Shown: positions 52,466 to 63,477, numbered from the stretch's first letter. The stretch is DNA of 64,000 nt from a bacterium BMS3Abin08 (GCA_002897935.1 BDTA01000081.1:2224-66223); one strand, 5' to 3'. Numbers and translations: made by a program. The notes: generated by a model from the sequence alone, not told the origin.

Positions 52466-53493
52466 GACTCGGTGAACTTGCATCGAAAATAGGGGGGGAA
52501 TTAATAGGTGCCCCTGACCTGGAAATCCGGGGGGTTGCGGGTCTGGACAGTGCAGGTGACGGGGACCTCACTTTTATCAAGGATGCGAGGATGTCTCAAC
52601 GAGTTGTTGATTCCGGGGCGGCTGCGGTTATCGTGCCGGAGTACATGGAAGGGTTAGGTGTTGCACAGATTGTTTCCAAGAATCCCCTGCTTGCATTCTC
52701 CCGGGTGCTGGAACTGTTTTATGTTGCAAGGCATGAGCCCCTTGGAGTTATGAACGGCGCTTATGTCTCGGAGAAGGCGAGGATTGGGCGTGGAGTGACT
52801 GTATATCCGTTATCCTATATCTGCGGGGATGCGGAGATCGGAGATAATTCGGTTATATTCCCAGGTGTATATATAGGAAAGGGGAGCAGGGTGGGTGATG
52901 ACTGCCTGGTTTATCCTGGTGTCACCGTAATGGATGGTGTCGAGATTGGTAGCAGGGTTGTAATTCATCCAAACTCGGTGATCGGTTCAGACGGGTTCGG
53001 TTATGTACGGGATGGGGACAGGCACCATAAGATCCCCCAGGTGGGCGGAGTCATTATCGGTGACGATGTCGAGATAGGCGCCTGTGTTACTATTGACAGG
53101 GCCACAACCGGCAACACCGTAATAGGCGAGGGCACAAAGATCGACAACCTCGTTCAGATTGCACATAATGTGACTATCGGAAGGCATTCAATCATAGTCT
53201 CACAGGTAGGGATTGCGGGGAGCACAAAGATAGGGGATTATGTAACCCTTGCCGGACAGGTCGGTGTTTCCGACCACTCGGAAATAGAGTCCCATACCGT
53301 TGTGGGGGCAATGTCCGGTGTTCTCGGCAAGTTGAAGAGGGGTGTTTACCTGGGTGTCCCTGTAAGGCCGCACAGGGAGTTCCTGAGGTTGCAGGGGCTG
53401 ATTAACCGTCTGCCCGATATCGTGAAGGAAGTCAAGAAACTCAGGCAGGAGATCGAGGTGTTGAAGGGAGAGGCTTCCGGATCGGAAAAATAA
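52462..53493 (+). CDS. lpxD: UDP-3-O-acylglucosamine N-acyltransferase
   Basis: [16 protein letters not shown], hexapeptide repeats, GFGYV...[18 protein letters not shown]. Confidence 0.94.
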   Translation: MRLGELASKIGGELIGAPDLEIRGVAGLDSAGDGDLTFIKDARMSQRVVDSGAAAVIVPEYMEGLGVAQIVSKNPLLAFSRVLELFYVARHEPLGVMNGAYVSEKARIGRGVTVYPLSYICGDAEIGDNSVIFPGVYIGKGSRVGDDCLVYPGVTVMDGVEIGSRVVIHPNSVIGSDGFGYVRDGDRHHKIPQVGGVIIGDDVEIGACVTIDRATTGNTVIGEGTKIDNLVQIAHNVTIGRHSIIVSQVGIAGSTKIGDYVTLAGQVGVSDHSEIESHTVVGAMSGVLGKLKRGVYLGVPVRPHREFLRLQGLINRLPDIVKEVKKLRQEIEVLKGEASGSEK

Positions 53494-53514
53494 CCGTTGT
53501 ACGGGAGGTAAGAG

Positions 53515-53949
53515 ATGATGGATGTAAAGGAAATCATGGAGTGTCTGCCCCACCGGTACCCTTTCCTCCTCGTTGACCGGGTGGTTGAGATTGAAAAAGA
53601 TGAAAGGGCTGTGGGGATTAAGAATGTAACAATAAACGAACCGTTTTTTCAGGGGCACTTCCCGGGAAACCCCATAATGCCGGGTGTGCTTATCATTGAG
53701 GCCATGGCCCAGGTTTCCGGTACCCTGGCTGTAGTATCCGGCGTTACCGGCAAGAGCACCATATTCCTCGGTATCGAGAAGGCGAAATTCAGAAAACCGG
53801 TGGTGCCCGGCGACCAGTTGCGTATAGAGGTGAATGTGCTCAGACATAGACGGTCTATATGGAAGTTTTCCGGTAACGCCTTTGTGGGAGACGTCCTCGT
53901 TGCCGAGGCGGAGTTTACGGCAATGATTACCGACAGGGAGATACACTAA
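53515..53949 (+). CDS. fabZ: 3-hydroxyacyl-ACP dehydratase FabZ
   Basis: [36 protein letters not shown]. Confidence 0.96.
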   Translation: MMDVKEIMECLPHRYPFLLVDRVVEIEKDERAVGIKNVTINEPFFQGHFPGNPIMPGVLIIEAMAQVSGTLAVVSGVTGKSTIFLGIEKAKFRKPVVPGDQLRIEVNVLRHRRSIWKFSGNAFVGDVLVAEAEFTAMITDREIH

Positions 53950-54752
53950 TGGCTGATATTCATGGGACAGCGATAATCAGAGAAGGCGCAGAGATCGATG
54001 AGGATGTAACCGTGGGCCCTTTCTGTATTGTTGCTGAGAAGGTCAGGATCAGGAAGGGAACACGTATCAGGAATAATGTCGTTATAGAGGGTGATACGGA
54101 GATTGGTGAGGGGTGTTCCATCTATCCCTTTACAAGCATCGGTCTCCCTCCGCAGGATCTCAAGTACGGGGATGAACCGACGGGAGTCAGGATAGGGAAG
54201 GGTAATATTATCCGGGAATACATCACCATACACCGGGGATCGGTGGGTGGTGACGGCATGACCGAGATAGGGGAGAATAACTTCTTCATGGCGTATGCCC
54301 ACATCGCCCATGATTGCAAGATCGGCAGTAACACGATTATGGCAAATGCCGCCACCCTGGGCGGACATGTCCATGTGGAGGATCATGCGGTTATCAGCGG
54401 CCTTGCCGCCGTTCACCAGTTTGCGCGGGTAGGCGCCTATGCAATGGTGAGCGGATTAAGCGGTGTTATACAGGATGTGCCGCCTTACACCCTGGCCTCG
54501 GGGCCAAGGGTGAAGCTCTATGGGTTGAACATTGTCGGGCTTAAAAGAAATGGTTTTTCCGATGAGACGGTATCCGAACTCAAAAAGGCCTACAGGATCC
54601 TCTTCAGGGAGAAACTGAGCCTTAAGGAGGCGATCAAGAAGGTTCAGGCCGAACTTCCCTATACCGATGAAATAGCATACCTGATAGAATTCATCAACAA
54701 AAACAGGCGGGGCATCTGCAGGCCCGCCGGGAATGCCCCTGAGGGGGAATAG
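53949..54752 (+). CDS. lpxA: acyl-ACP--UDP-N-acetylglucosamine O-acyltransferase
   Basis: IHGTAIIREGAEIDEDVTVGPFCIV, hexapeptide repeats, HIAHDCKIG, GLNIVGLKRNGFS. Confidence 0.95.
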   Translation: MADIHGTAIIREGAEIDEDVTVGPFCIVAEKVRIRKGTRIRNNVVIEGDTEIGEGCSIYPFTSIGLPPQDLKYGDEPTGVRIGKGNIIREYITIHRGSVGGDGMTEIGENNFFMAYAHIAHDCKIGSNTIMANAATLGGHVHVEDHAVISGLAAVHQFARVGAYAMVSGLSGVIQDVPPYTLASGPRVKLYGLNIVGLKRNGFSDETVSELKKAYRILFREKLSLKEAIKKVQAELPYTDEIAYLIEFINKNRRGICRPAGNAPEGE

Positions 54753-54771
54753 ATGGTCCGGTATTTTTTTC

Positions 54772-55593
54772 ATGAGTAAGCTGGGTATCATAGCCGGCAA
54801 GGGTAATTTGCCCCTTGTCCTCTCAGAGGAGGCCCGCAGACGGGGTTATCATGTTATAATGATAGTACTGAAGCCCGTTGCCGAGTTTGACGGCTCTGCA
54901 GCGGATGAGGTGATCAGTGTTAATGTGGGGAGGCTTGGTGAGCTTATAAGAGTCCTTAAGGAGAGGGGTGTTAAAGAGGCGGTGATGGCCGGTAAGGTAA
55001 CAAAGGAACTTGCCTACAGGGGAAATGTCATCCCTGATATGAAGGCAATCAAGCTCATCTTCAGTCTTAAGGACAGGCGGGATGATACAATCCTGCAGGC
55101 ATTCACCGATGTGCTCTGTAAAGAGGGCATAAAGATACTCAATACAACCGAGTTCGCAGCGGGGCTGTTAATGCCCCCGGGTATACTGACAAGGCGCAGA
55201 CCCACCGGGGCTGAAGAGCGGGATATGGAGTTTGGATTCAGGATGGCCAGGGAGATAGGCAGGCTTGATATCGGACAGACCGTGGTTGTAAAAAACAGGG
55301 CAGTGATGGCCGTTGAGGCCATCGAGGGAACGGATGAGGCGATCAGGCGCGGAGGACGGCTTGCCGGTGAAGGGGCCGTTGTGGTTAAGGTATGCAAGCC
55401 CCGGCAGGATTTGAGGTTCGATGTCCCCGTTGTCGGGCCCGATACCCTCAAGGCCATGGTGGATGCGAGGGCCTCTGTCCTTGCCGTAGAGTCCGGGAAG
55501 GTGATTATGCTCCAGAGGGGGAATCTCGTTTCCGCTGCCGACGGGGCAGGTGTGGCAATCGTGGGATTTACGGAGGGGGGTAAAACAGGTTGA
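54772..55593 (+). CDS. lpxI: UDP-2,3-diacylglucosamine diphosphatase LpxI (DUF1009)
   Basis: MSKLGIIAGKGNLPLVL, DIGQTVVVKNRAVMAVEAIEGTDEAIRRGG. Follows lpxA. Confidence 0.85.
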   Translation: MSKLGIIAGKGNLPLVLSEEARRRGYHVIMIVLKPVAEFDGSAADEVISVNVGRLGELIRVLKERGVKEAVMAGKVTKELAYRGNVIPDMKAIKLIFSLKDRRDDTILQAFTDVLCKEGIKILNTTEFAAGLLMPPGILTRRRPTGAEERDMEFGFRMAREIGRLDIGQTVVVKNRAVMAVEAIEGTDEAIRRGGRLAGEGAVVVKVCKPRQDLRFDVPVVGPDTLKAMVDARASVLAVESGKVIMLQRGNLVSAADGAGVAIVGFTEGGKTG

Positions 55594-55678
55594 GACGTAA
55601 ACACCGGCCGGCATCCTGAAATTCATCCGCCGGTCTCCCGGTCCGGACAAACCCCTTCCTTCCGATCCCCGCATTAAA

Positions 55679-55883
55679 TAGAGTCTGTGTATAAAATACA
55701 GTCATTTGTCATTCCCGAGAAACGATTCCGGGCAAGCCGGAATGACAGGAAAACGACAACTACATGTATTTGTCATTCCCGCAAGTGAAGCGCGTCGGGA
55801 ATCCTTCTCAAGTAACGATTCCCCGTACGCTTTCGGGGAATGACGGAAAAACGACAACTATTCGACTTTATACACAGGCACTA
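55679..55883. mobile_element. family B2 mosaic MITE-like element, longest copy with both termini
   Basis: tagagtctgtgtataaaatacag ... ttcgactttatacacaggcacta. Four hairpin modules in the interior. Confidence 0.8.
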
Positions 55884-55946
55884 AATATAGTTGTTGTTTC
55901 AGGGATATATCGCAAGGGATTCCTTCTGATTGTCCGATAAGGTATA

Positions 55947-58388
55947 ATGAAAGAAGGATCCTTGCACTTCGGTAAGGAAAGGGGGGATGGATTGAAGGGT
56001 CATTTTAAAGTACGGCTGCTAACCTTGATAAAGAGGTCCCTCCCGTTGTTTGTCCTTCTCTTCACCTCCATCCTCCTTTCGTCTCTCTGGTACTCCGGGA
56101 AGAAACACGAGGAGCAGTTGCTGAGGAGGGCGCTTCTTACCTCCCTTGAGACCTCGAAGGTCCGTCTGAGCGAGGCAATCAGGACAAGGATCTTTGCCAT
56201 GAAATCCCTTACGGAGCATATCCAGAGTCACCTCCGTGCCGGGGAGTTTGACAGGGACCTGTTTTACATGGTTACAGCGCCCGTCTACAAGAGCTTCGGG
56301 GGGTTCCGGGCCATAAACTGGATTGACCGGCGAGGGGTTATAACGTGGGTCTATCCTTTGCAATCCAACAGGGGAGCCGTCGGTAAGGAGATCGGTAAGC
56401 ACCCCCGCAAATCGGTGGTGGAGACGTTTGATCAGGTTCGGAGCAGCGGTGCCTATTCGATTACCCCTGTTGTAGACCTGTTCCAGGGTGGTCCCGGTGT
56501 TGCCACATACTTTCCCGTAAAAAACAGGGACGGCTCTGTAGAGGGGTATGTCAACGGCGTCCTCAGGATCATCCCGCTGATCGAGACCGCCCTTGCAGGC
56601 AAAGTCGAAGGGAATTACAGGATCAGTCAGGGAGGCATACCCCTGGTATCGACGGGGGAACCGGAGGGTGATGTGCTCGAGACGGAACTTTCCCTGAAGA
56701 ACCTGAAGCTCCTTATTCAGGTCTGGCCCGACAATGAGCTTGTCGCTGCATATCTTGGAACACACAGCATCTGGGTGTTGTTCATCCTTCTCCTTGTCTC
56801 GATAGTCCTCTCATATGCGGTGTTGCAGCTTCAGAGGCGGTATGTCGATCTCAAACAGAAGGACAAGGAACTGACGGAGTCCGAGATAAAGTTCCGCTCC
56901 CTTGTTGAGCACTCCCTCGTTGGTATATACATAATCCAGGACGGCCTTTTCAGGTATGTAAACCCCAGGTTCTGCGATATCTTCGGATACAGCTCTGTAG
57001 AAATAATGGACGAGAAAGGTCCCCGGGACCTCACTTATCCGGAGGATTGGCCCATGGTTGAGAAGAACCTTAACCTGAGGCTTGAAGGTGAGGCTGAATC
57101 CCTTGACTACACGTTCAGGGCTGTAAGGGCAGACGGCCGGGTGATCCATGTCGAGGTCTACGGGGTGAGGCTGATATACGGGGGAAGGCCTGCCGTTATA
57201 GGTATGCTCCTTGACATAACGGACCGGTTGAACCTCGAAGAGCAGCTCAGACAGTCGCAGAGGCTTGAGTCTCTCGGGCTGTTTGCAGGCGGGGTCGCCC
57301 ATGACTTCAATAACATACTTACCGCCATAACAGGGTATGCCTCGCTCCTCGGGATGAAACTGAAAGACCGTGACCTTAAGGACAAGATAGATCAGATTCT
57401 CAGGGCTTCAGACCGGGCAGCCACGTTGACCCATGGACTCCTTGCCTTCAGCCGTAAACAGATCCTTGAGCCGAGGTCTTTATTCCTGAGGTCCGTTGTC
57501 GGTGACTTTGAGAAGATCCTGAGAAGACTGATCCCTGAAACTATTGAGTTAAGGACCGACCTTGGTGAGACGATGCCGGTCATGGCCGATAAAGGACAGG
57601 TTGAACAGGTGATAATGAATCTCATAACAAACGCCAGGGATGCAATGCCGGAAGGTGGTGAAATAATAATTGAGACATTTGATTCGGTTTTTGATGAGGA
57701 GTATCTCAGTGCCCATCCCTGGATAAAGAGAAAAGGAAGGTTTACCTGCCTCTCCATCTCGGATACGGGCGAGGGGATGGAAGACGAGGTGAAGTCCCGG
57801 GTCTTCGAGCCCTTTTTCACCACAAAGGAGGTTGGTAAAGGCACGGGGCTCGGGCTTCCCACGGTGTATGGGATAGTGAAGCAGCATGGAGGTTTCATAC
57901 ACCTCTATTCCGAGAAGGGCAGGGGTACGACATTCAAGATATACCTCCCCGTTACCGAAGCGGAACCCTGTGAGACCGAGAGGGAGACTGTGTCAGTACT
58001 GTCTGACGGGACAGAGAGGATACTGGTTGCAGAGGATGACGAGATTGTGAGATCAATGGCCTGCGAGGTCCTTAAAGAGAGGGGTTATGAGGTTACATCA
58101 GTGAAGGACGGTGTCGAGGCCGTTGAGATAATCAGGGAGAGAAAAGATCAGATTGACCTCCTCGTGCTGGATGTGGTCATGCCGCTGAAGGGGGGGAGGG
58201 ATGTGCTTGAGGAGGCCAGAGGTCTTGGATACAGCGGCGGGGTCCTCTTTATAAGTGGTTATACCGTTAATGCGATACACAAGGATTTTTTTCTTGAAGA
58301 GGGGCTGAATTTTCTCACAAAGCCCTTTGATCTTCAGGAGTTTCTCCGTAAGGTGAGATATGTCCTCGACAGTGGAAGTGATGAATAA
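55947..58388 (+). CDS. hybrid sensor histidine kinase (extracytoplasmic sensor, PAS, HisKA, HATPase_c, REC)
   Basis: Two TM segments flank a roughly 230-aa sensor domain. PAS ([18 protein letters not shown]), H-box [13 protein letters not shown] boxes [11 protein letters not shown] / DTGEGM / GTGLGL, receiver LLVLDVVMP. Start uncertain. Confidence 0.88.
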   Translation: MKEGSLHFGKERGDGLKGHFKVRLLTLIKRSLPLFVLLFTSILLSSLWYSGKKHEEQLLRRALLTSLETSKVRLSEAIRTRIFAMKSLTEHIQSHLRAGEFDRDLFYMVTAPVYKSFGGFRAINWIDRRGVITWVYPLQSNRGAVGKEIGKHPRKSVVETFDQVRSSGAYSITPVVDLFQGGPGVATYFPVKNRDGSVEGYVNGVLRIIPLIETALAGKVEGNYRISQGGIPLVSTGEPEGDVLETELSLKNLKLLIQVWPDNELVAAYLGTHSIWVLFILLLVSIVLSYAVLQLQRRYVDLKQKDKELTESEIKFRSLVEHSLVGIYIIQDGLFRYVNPRFCDIFGYSSVEIMDEKGPRDLTYPEDWPMVEKNLNLRLEGEAESLDYTFRAVRADGRVIHVEVYGVRLIYGGRPAVIGMLLDITDRLNLEEQLRQSQRLESLGLFAGGVAHDFNNILTAITGYASLLGMKLKDRDLKDKIDQILRASDRAATLTHGLLAFSRKQILEPRSLFLRSVVGDFEKILRRLIPETIELRTDLGETMPVMADKGQVEQVIMNLITNARDAMPEGGEIIIETFDSVFDEEYLSAHPWIKRKGRFTCLSISDTGEGMEDEVKSRVFEPFFTTKEVGKGTGLGLPTVYGIVKQHGGFIHLYSEKGRGTTFKIYLPVTEAEPCETERETVSVLSDGTERILVAEDDEIVRSMACEVLKERGYEVTSVKDGVEAVEIIRERKDQIDLLVLDVVMPLKGGRDVLEEARGLGYSGGVLFISGYTVNAIHKDFFLEEGLNFLTKPFDLQEFLRKVRYVLDSGSDE

Positions 58389-59445
58389 CAGATACGCCGT
58401 CCTTGTCGTTGATGATGATCGGGACATCAGGGAGATCCTTTTATCTCTCCTTGAGGACGCAGGGTATGATGTCTATGTAACAGGGAGCCCTGAAGAGGCG
58501 CTCACACTCCTGTCCTCAAAGAGGTTCCACACCGTAATCTCCGATATCATTATGCCGGAGATGGATGGTATAACCCTCCTGAGGAAGATCAAGATACACA
58601 CTCCCGACGTCCCGGTTTTGCTTATAACCGGTCAACCCGATCTTGACAAGACCGTTCAGGCATTACGGTACGGGGCCTTCGACTTCGTCTTAAAGCCCTT
58701 CAGGATGGAGATGATCCTCCATAAGGTCAAGAAGGCGATAAACTACTACGAGGTCCTGAACCTCCAGAGGGTATATGATGAGCACCTCGAGGAGGCCGTG
58801 CTGAAGAAGACGGAGGAACTCGACAGGGCGCTGCGGCTTATTCAGGCCGCAAGCAAGGAGATCATAGAGAGACTCATGATGGCCGCCGAATACAGGGATG
58901 AAGAAACTGCAAACCATGTCAGGAGGATCAGCATATACAGCAGGATTATCGCAGAAAAACTCTCGATGCCGTCTGTTTTTGTCGAGAACATATCCTATTC
59001 AAGCCCGATGCACGATCTCGGTAAGATCGGTATCCCCGACGGGATTCTGCTCAAGCCCGGCAGTCTTACCTGGGCTGAGTTTGATATCGTTAAGACGCAT
59101 ACGGTTATAGGTTATGAGATCCTGAAGGGATCGTCTTATGATATGATCCAGATGGGGGCATCCATTGCAATCAGCCATCATGAACGGTGGGATGGGACAG
59201 GCTATCCAAATGGGCTCAAAGGAGAAGATATCCCCAGGGAGGGACGGATAGTGATGCTTGCAGACCAGTACGATGCGCTGAGGTCACCAAGGCCCTATAA
59301 ATTCGCTTTCAGCCATGAGGAGACATACAGGATCATAACCGAGGGTGATGGGAGGACCCTGCCGGGCCATTTTGATCCGGCAATCCTCGGGCTTTTCGAG
59401 GAAATCCATCGAGAGTTCAACGATGTCTATGAGTCACATAGCTGA
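58381..59445 (+). CDS. response regulator with HD-GYP phosphodiesterase domain
   Basis: REC (VLVVDDD...[12 protein letters not shown]...KP) plus HD-GYP ([21 protein letters not shown]). ATG overlaps the kinase stop (ATGAATAA). Confidence 0.9.
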   Translation: MNNRYAVLVVDDDRDIREILLSLLEDAGYDVYVTGSPEEALTLLSSKRFHTVISDIIMPEMDGITLLRKIKIHTPDVPVLLITGQPDLDKTVQALRYGAFDFVLKPFRMEMILHKVKKAINYYEVLNLQRVYDEHLEEAVLKKTEELDRALRLIQAASKEIIERLMMAAEYRDEETANHVRRISIYSRIIAEKLSMPSVFVENISYSSPMHDLGKIGIPDGILLKPGSLTWAEFDIVKTHTVIGYEILKGSSYDMIQMGASIAISHHERWDGTGYPNGLKGEDIPREGRIVMLADQYDALRSPRPYKFAFSHEETYRIITEGDGRTLPGHFDPAILGLFEEIHREFNDVYESHS

Positions 59446-59547
59446 GACAGGAGGCCGGGCAGTATTAAGGCTGTTCGAGTTCTATGTTTACAAGAGGCTG
59501 ACGAACATGACTGCTGACATAATTCCCTGCAGGTAACGTTGCGTGAA

Positions 59548-60990
59548 TCACATGTAGGGCGAGAAGAGCCGGGCGACGCCGTCACGTAGTCTGACCGGAA
59601 GCCTCCGGCTCATTACATCCTCCAGGGTCACCTGATGAGCCGCCTTTAACTTCTTCTCCATAAGCGAGTTCAGATCTGTTGCCAACCCGTTATCATAGCA
59701 CTCCACGTTAAACTCGAAGTTCAGCCTGAGGCTTCGGGGGTCGATGTTTGCCGATCCAAACAGCGTCCACGTTTTGTCCACGATCATCAGTTTTGTATGG
59801 TCGAACGGAGGGGGTGTCAGGTAGATACGGCAGCCCTTTTCCAGGAGCTGGCAAAACAGGTCTGTGGATGCCCATTTGACCATCGGGAGGTTATTCACGG
59901 AGGGAAGAATTATCTCAACCCTCACTCCCCGCATAGCTGCGAGGTTAAGTGACGTGATAAGGGAAGAATCGGGAAGAAAGTAAGGTGTTGTTATCCGTAT
60001 GGACGATTTTGCACAGGCAATTGCACCGTGGACGGTCCAGAGCAGTTTTTCGAAGTCCTCATCAGGGCCATCCGGTATCCCGCGGGCTATTACCGGTCCT
60101 TCTGGCTCTATGTCCGGGAACCAGCCCTCACCCTGAAGGGCTTCTCCCGTGCAGAAGAGCCAGTCCTCGGCAAAAACTTCCTGGAAATGAAGGACCACGG
60201 GGCCTTGTACGAGGAAGTGCAGGTCCTGCAAAGGGTGACGCGGGTTCTCACCGAGGAGAAGTCCCTCACGTATGTTCATGCCCCCGGTAAAGCCGGTCTT
60301 ACCGTCTACAACGAGGATCTTGCGATGGTTCCGCAGATTCATAAAGGGCATCCGCCAGGGAATGAATGTCCGGAGAAACCTCCCTGATTTGATGCCTGCA
60401 CGGTGCAGTTCATGGGTTATAGGGGGCCATGAATAACGTGCGCCTACAGCGTCAACAAGCACCCGCACCTCTACCATGCGGCTGACTGCCCGGGCAAGGG
60501 AGTCCAGAAACAGTCTGCCGGCACCGTCATTATCAAAGATATATGTTGAGAGGGTGACTGAACGTTCAGCCCCGTCAATCGCCTTGAGCATCTCCGGAAA
60601 GGCGGTATCACCGTTCCGGAGGGGCCTTATCCGGTTTCCGTGCAGAAGGGGCTTCTGAATGATTTTTCCAACGAGGCGTGAAAGTGCAATAAACTGATCA
60701 TGACGGGGCAGAGGCAGTTCATCGTCATAATCAGGAGATGTTGTGCCGGGGGACGCCTGATGGTCGCTCCTTAAGGCCTTGGCACGCCGTCTGATACGGT
60801 TAATTCCGAAGAGGAGATAGAGGACAGCGCCGATGACGGGAACAAGCCAGATAACCCCTACCCAGGCAATGGCTGAATGGGTCTCGCGCTTGTTTAAAAC
60901 GGCATGCGCCGAAGCATACACCGTTATAAACAGGGTAAGGAGGCCGGCGATATGAGGCCAGATTTCGATCAACAAAGCCGACCCCGGCAA
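59548..60990 (-). CDS. cls: cardiolipin synthase
   Basis: Two N-terminal TMs and two HKD motifs (NHRKILVVDG; DHTKLMIVD..GSANID). TTG start. Confidence 0.92.
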   Translation of the reverse strand: MPGSALLIEIWPHIAGLLTLFITVYASAHAVLNKRETHSAIAWVGVIWLVPVIGAVLYLLFGINRIRRRAKALRSDHQASPGTTSPDYDDELPLPRHDQFIALSRLVGKIIQKPLLHGNRIRPLRNGDTAFPEMLKAIDGAERSVTLSTYIFDNDGAGRLFLDSLARAVSRMVEVRVLVDAVGARYSWPPITHELHRAGIKSGRFLRTFIPWRMPFMNLRNHRKILVVDGKTGFTGGMNIREGLLLGENPRHPLQDLHFLVQGPVVLHFQEVFAEDWLFCTGEALQGEGWFPDIEPEGPVIARGIPDGPDEDFEKLLWTVHGAIACAKSSIRITTPYFLPDSSLITSLNLAAMRGVRVEIILPSVNNLPMVKWASTDLFCQLLEKGCRIYLTPPPFDHTKLMIVDKTWTLFGSANIDPRSLRLNFEFNVECYDNGLATDLNSLMEKKLKAAHQVTLEDVMSRRLPVRLRDGVARLFSPYM

Positions 60991-61092
60991 GATAGTTCGT
61001 AAGAGGTCTTGATTGTCTCTCCTTTTCTGTCGAGGGTCAATGTCTGCATATAATTCGGTTCATTGGTAAAAAAAGTTGAAGCCACTTGATCA

Positions 61093-61352
61093 GTCCGTCA
61101 TTCCGGCTTGTCCTGTCATTCCGGCTTGTCCGGAATCTTTTCTTCAATATTTTTGTATAAACCACTTAATGTCGGATTGCTTTGTCTATTTAGAGTCTGT
61201 GTATAAATTACAGTTATCTGTCATTCCCGCAATCCCAAACGCATTCGGGAGTCGAGAATCCTTCCTGAAGAACGATTTCCCGAACGCTTTCGGGGAATGA
61301 CGGAAAAACGACCGCTCTGCGCTTTGAACGATTCCGGACAAGCCGGAATGAC
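61093..61352. mobile_element. fragmented family B-related repeats (partial duplication plus truncated B2)
   Basis: gtcattccggcttgtcc|tgtcattccggcttgtccggaat, tttttgtataaacc, then tttagagtctgtgtataaattacag... colinear with the reverse complement of 48317..48477 but lacking the far terminus. Confidence 0.7.
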
Positions 61353-61585
61353 ATTGTGCGTTGTGGTTAATGTTAAGTTGAATTTTAAGCCTGTCTTCAA
61401 CTAAAACACGAAAGAGTCTATATTTTTAGTCTCTTCAAGCTTATGTGTGTAAATCTCCCCTGTTTCTTCCCCCCACATCAATGGGGCTGTCCGGCAATCA
61501 ACAAAAGTGCCGACTTTGTCATCCTGAGTTTATCATGGTTGATTTATGGCAGAGCAGGTTCGGAGACCTGATGCTGAACTGACGA

Positions 61586-62857
61586 TCAATTCAGGGAGTG
61601 AGCGGTTCTCTGGGCGGCATCCGCCTTCAGAGAGTTTTCTCCCTTTGCGGGTGGGGCAATCATTGCCCTCAGTCCTTCCACGTAGTCCCTGAATTCGTTT
61701 ATCCTCTTTTTGGGAACAGGGATACCCCGCGGGAGGCGCAATCTTAAGGGATTTACGAATTTCCCGAATTTCTTGATACGGTAGTCGAGGTGAGGGCCCG
61801 TTGCAAGACCTGTCTTGCCGACATACCCGATAATCTCTCCCTGAGAGACCTTTCTACCCCGTCTTATCCCCTTTCTGATCCTTGAAAGGTGACCATAGTA
61901 GGTCACATATCCGTTTGGGTGCCTGATGATAACGCACTTCCCGTATGCCCCTTTCCATCCTGCAAGCTTCACTGTGCCGTTTCCTGCCGAGGAGACAGGT
62001 GTGCCCTGTGGTGCTGCGTAGTCTATACCGAGGTGGGGCCGGTATATCTTGAGGATGGGGTGCTTTCTCCTGTGGCTAAACCGTGAACTTATATATCTGA
62101 ACCTCAGGGGTGCCCTGAGCAGCGCCTTCTTCATAGAGCGGCCCGATGAATCGTAGTAGGCTGTCCTGCCATTGACCTTGAAACGGTATGCCTCGTACAT
62201 CTTCCCGTTGTTTGTAAACTCTGCAGCAAGGATATCGCCGTAGCCTTTAAAGACCCCGTCAAGCCATAGCTCCTCCACGATCATCCTGTAACCGTCACCC
62301 TGTCGGAGTTCGGTCAGGAAATCTATGTCCGCCTCAAAGACCTCGGCAAGGTTGAAGGCTACCTTCATCTGTTCCGGTGTTTCCCCGACGGCATTGATGA
62401 GATTGTCCGTTATCTTAGCCTCGAGGAGAGCAGGCCGCCGCTCATAACCGACCTTTTCAACCTTTGGAATATATGCCTCTCCGTCCCGTACGATCTTCAG
62501 ATAGGAGGAGTCATTGATGGAATACTTGAAGAGGTTCAATCTCTCGACGCCGTCATCATTCCTGACCGTTGTGATAATATAGGACCGGTTGGGCCGGAGA
62601 CGGACAAGATCGTAGAGCTGCCTGGAAGCCCCTGTTATTTTATACAGTGTCCCTATGTCGAGATCGTATTTTTTAAAGATATCATAGAGGCTCTCGCCGT
62701 CCTTTACAAATTCGACTATCTCCCTGATTTCCGGTAGGGCCAGTGGTACGGGGTGGCCTTCATATTCAACAGGGATGACCCTGCCGGAGATGTTTTTGAG
62801 GTAGATGCCGAGGAAAAGGACCGATATAACTATAAATACCGAGAATGATTTTTTCAT
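61586..62857 (-). CDS. M23-family metallopeptidase with N-terminal anchor
   Basis: MKKSFSVFIVISVLFLGIYL, HLGIDYAAPQGTPV, YYGHLSRI, TGLATGPHLDYR. The track start at 62935 extends into repeat A. Confidence 0.9.
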   Translation of the reverse strand: MKKSFSVFIVISVLFLGIYLKNISGRVIPVEYEGHPVPLALPEIREIVEFVKDGESLYDIFKKYDLDIGTLYKITGASRQLYDLVRLRPNRSYIITTVRNDDGVERLNLFKYSINDSSYLKIVRDGEAYIPKVEKVGYERRPALLEAKITDNLINAVGETPEQMKVAFNLAEVFEADIDFLTELRQGDGYRMIVEELWLDGVFKGYGDILAAEFTNNGKMYEAYRFKVNGRTAYYDSSGRSMKKALLRAPLRFRYISSRFSHRRKHPILKIYRPHLGIDYAAPQGTPVSSAGNGTVKLAGWKGAYGKCVIIRHPNGYVTYYGHLSRIRKGIRRGRKVSQGEIIGYVGKTGLATGPHLDYRIKKFGKFVNPLRLRLPRGIPVPKKRINEFRDYVEGLRAMIAPPAKGENSLKADAAQRTAHSLN

Positions 62858-62917
62858 TGTTAATATTATAATATCATTAAGGGGTATATTTTTCCAGTCT
62901 GGAATAACCCGGATACA

Positions 62918-63031
62918 GTCAAGCTCTCCGATCAAAGGTCGGAGCTTGCCAATGTAAGGAAAATTTGATTAATTGCATTCCATGCCTTCATCCCCGACCA
63001 AAGGTCGGGGCTTTCGGCAAGGTGCATTGTA
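62918..63031. repeat. family A repeat, intact 114-bp double-hairpin copy
   Basis: gtcaagctctccgatcaaaggtcggagcttgccaatgtaaggaaaatttgattaattgcattccatgccttcatccccgaccaaaggtcggggctttcggcaaggtgcattgta. Confidence 0.85.
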
Positions 63032-63080
63032 ATACGGCTTATGAAGGAGCGGTATATATGGACCCCGCTGAGGAGACTGA

Positions 63081-63440
63081 TTGGTGAGAAAACCCCTCTT
63101 TAGGATACTTTTTGTCGTATGGATTAGCCTGATAGCAGTGCTGTCTTTAATCCCGGCTCCTTCCGGCGTTGTGCAGGTATCCGACAAGTTAATCCACGCC
63201 GTTGTGTATATTATAACAACGGTGATTTGCCTGCTCTCATTGAACAGATACGTTCCGAGGGCGGTCCTTTTTGCAGGTATCAGCATATTCCTCTACAGCT
63301 TTGTAATTGAGTTGGTCCAGTACTTCCTGCCCTACAGGTCTTTCAGCGTCGGGGACCTCGCTGCAAACATAACGGGTATTGTGACAGGGGTAGCTTTGTT
63401 AGGTGTATATCATGGGGTTGCAGGTAGACATTACAGATGA
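63081..63440 (+). CDS. VanZ-like family membrane protein
   Basis: Four TM helices, DKLIHAVVY and ELVQYFLPYRSFSVGDLAANITG. Confidence 0.75.
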   Translation: MVRKPLFRILFVVWISLIAVLSLIPAPSGVVQVSDKLIHAVVYIITTVICLLSLNRYVPRAVLFAGISIFLYSFVIELVQYFLPYRSFSVGDLAANITGIVTGVALLGVYHGVAGRHYR

Positions 63441-63477
63441 TAATGAAAACGTATCCGCTTTAATAAGGGCCTTTCAT

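Noticed and set aside
53200-53946. 248-aa minus-strand ORF
   Set aside because: It is antisense to lpxD/fabZ and is a shadow ORF in a region of strong codon bias.
56019-56765. 248-aa minus-strand ORF, plus others at 21268..21960, 22770..23417, 27763..28389 and 16801..17424
   Set aside because: All lie opposite confidently identified genes (the sensor kinase, mnmA, trpC/trpB2, glmM, dnaE) and have no recognisable domains.
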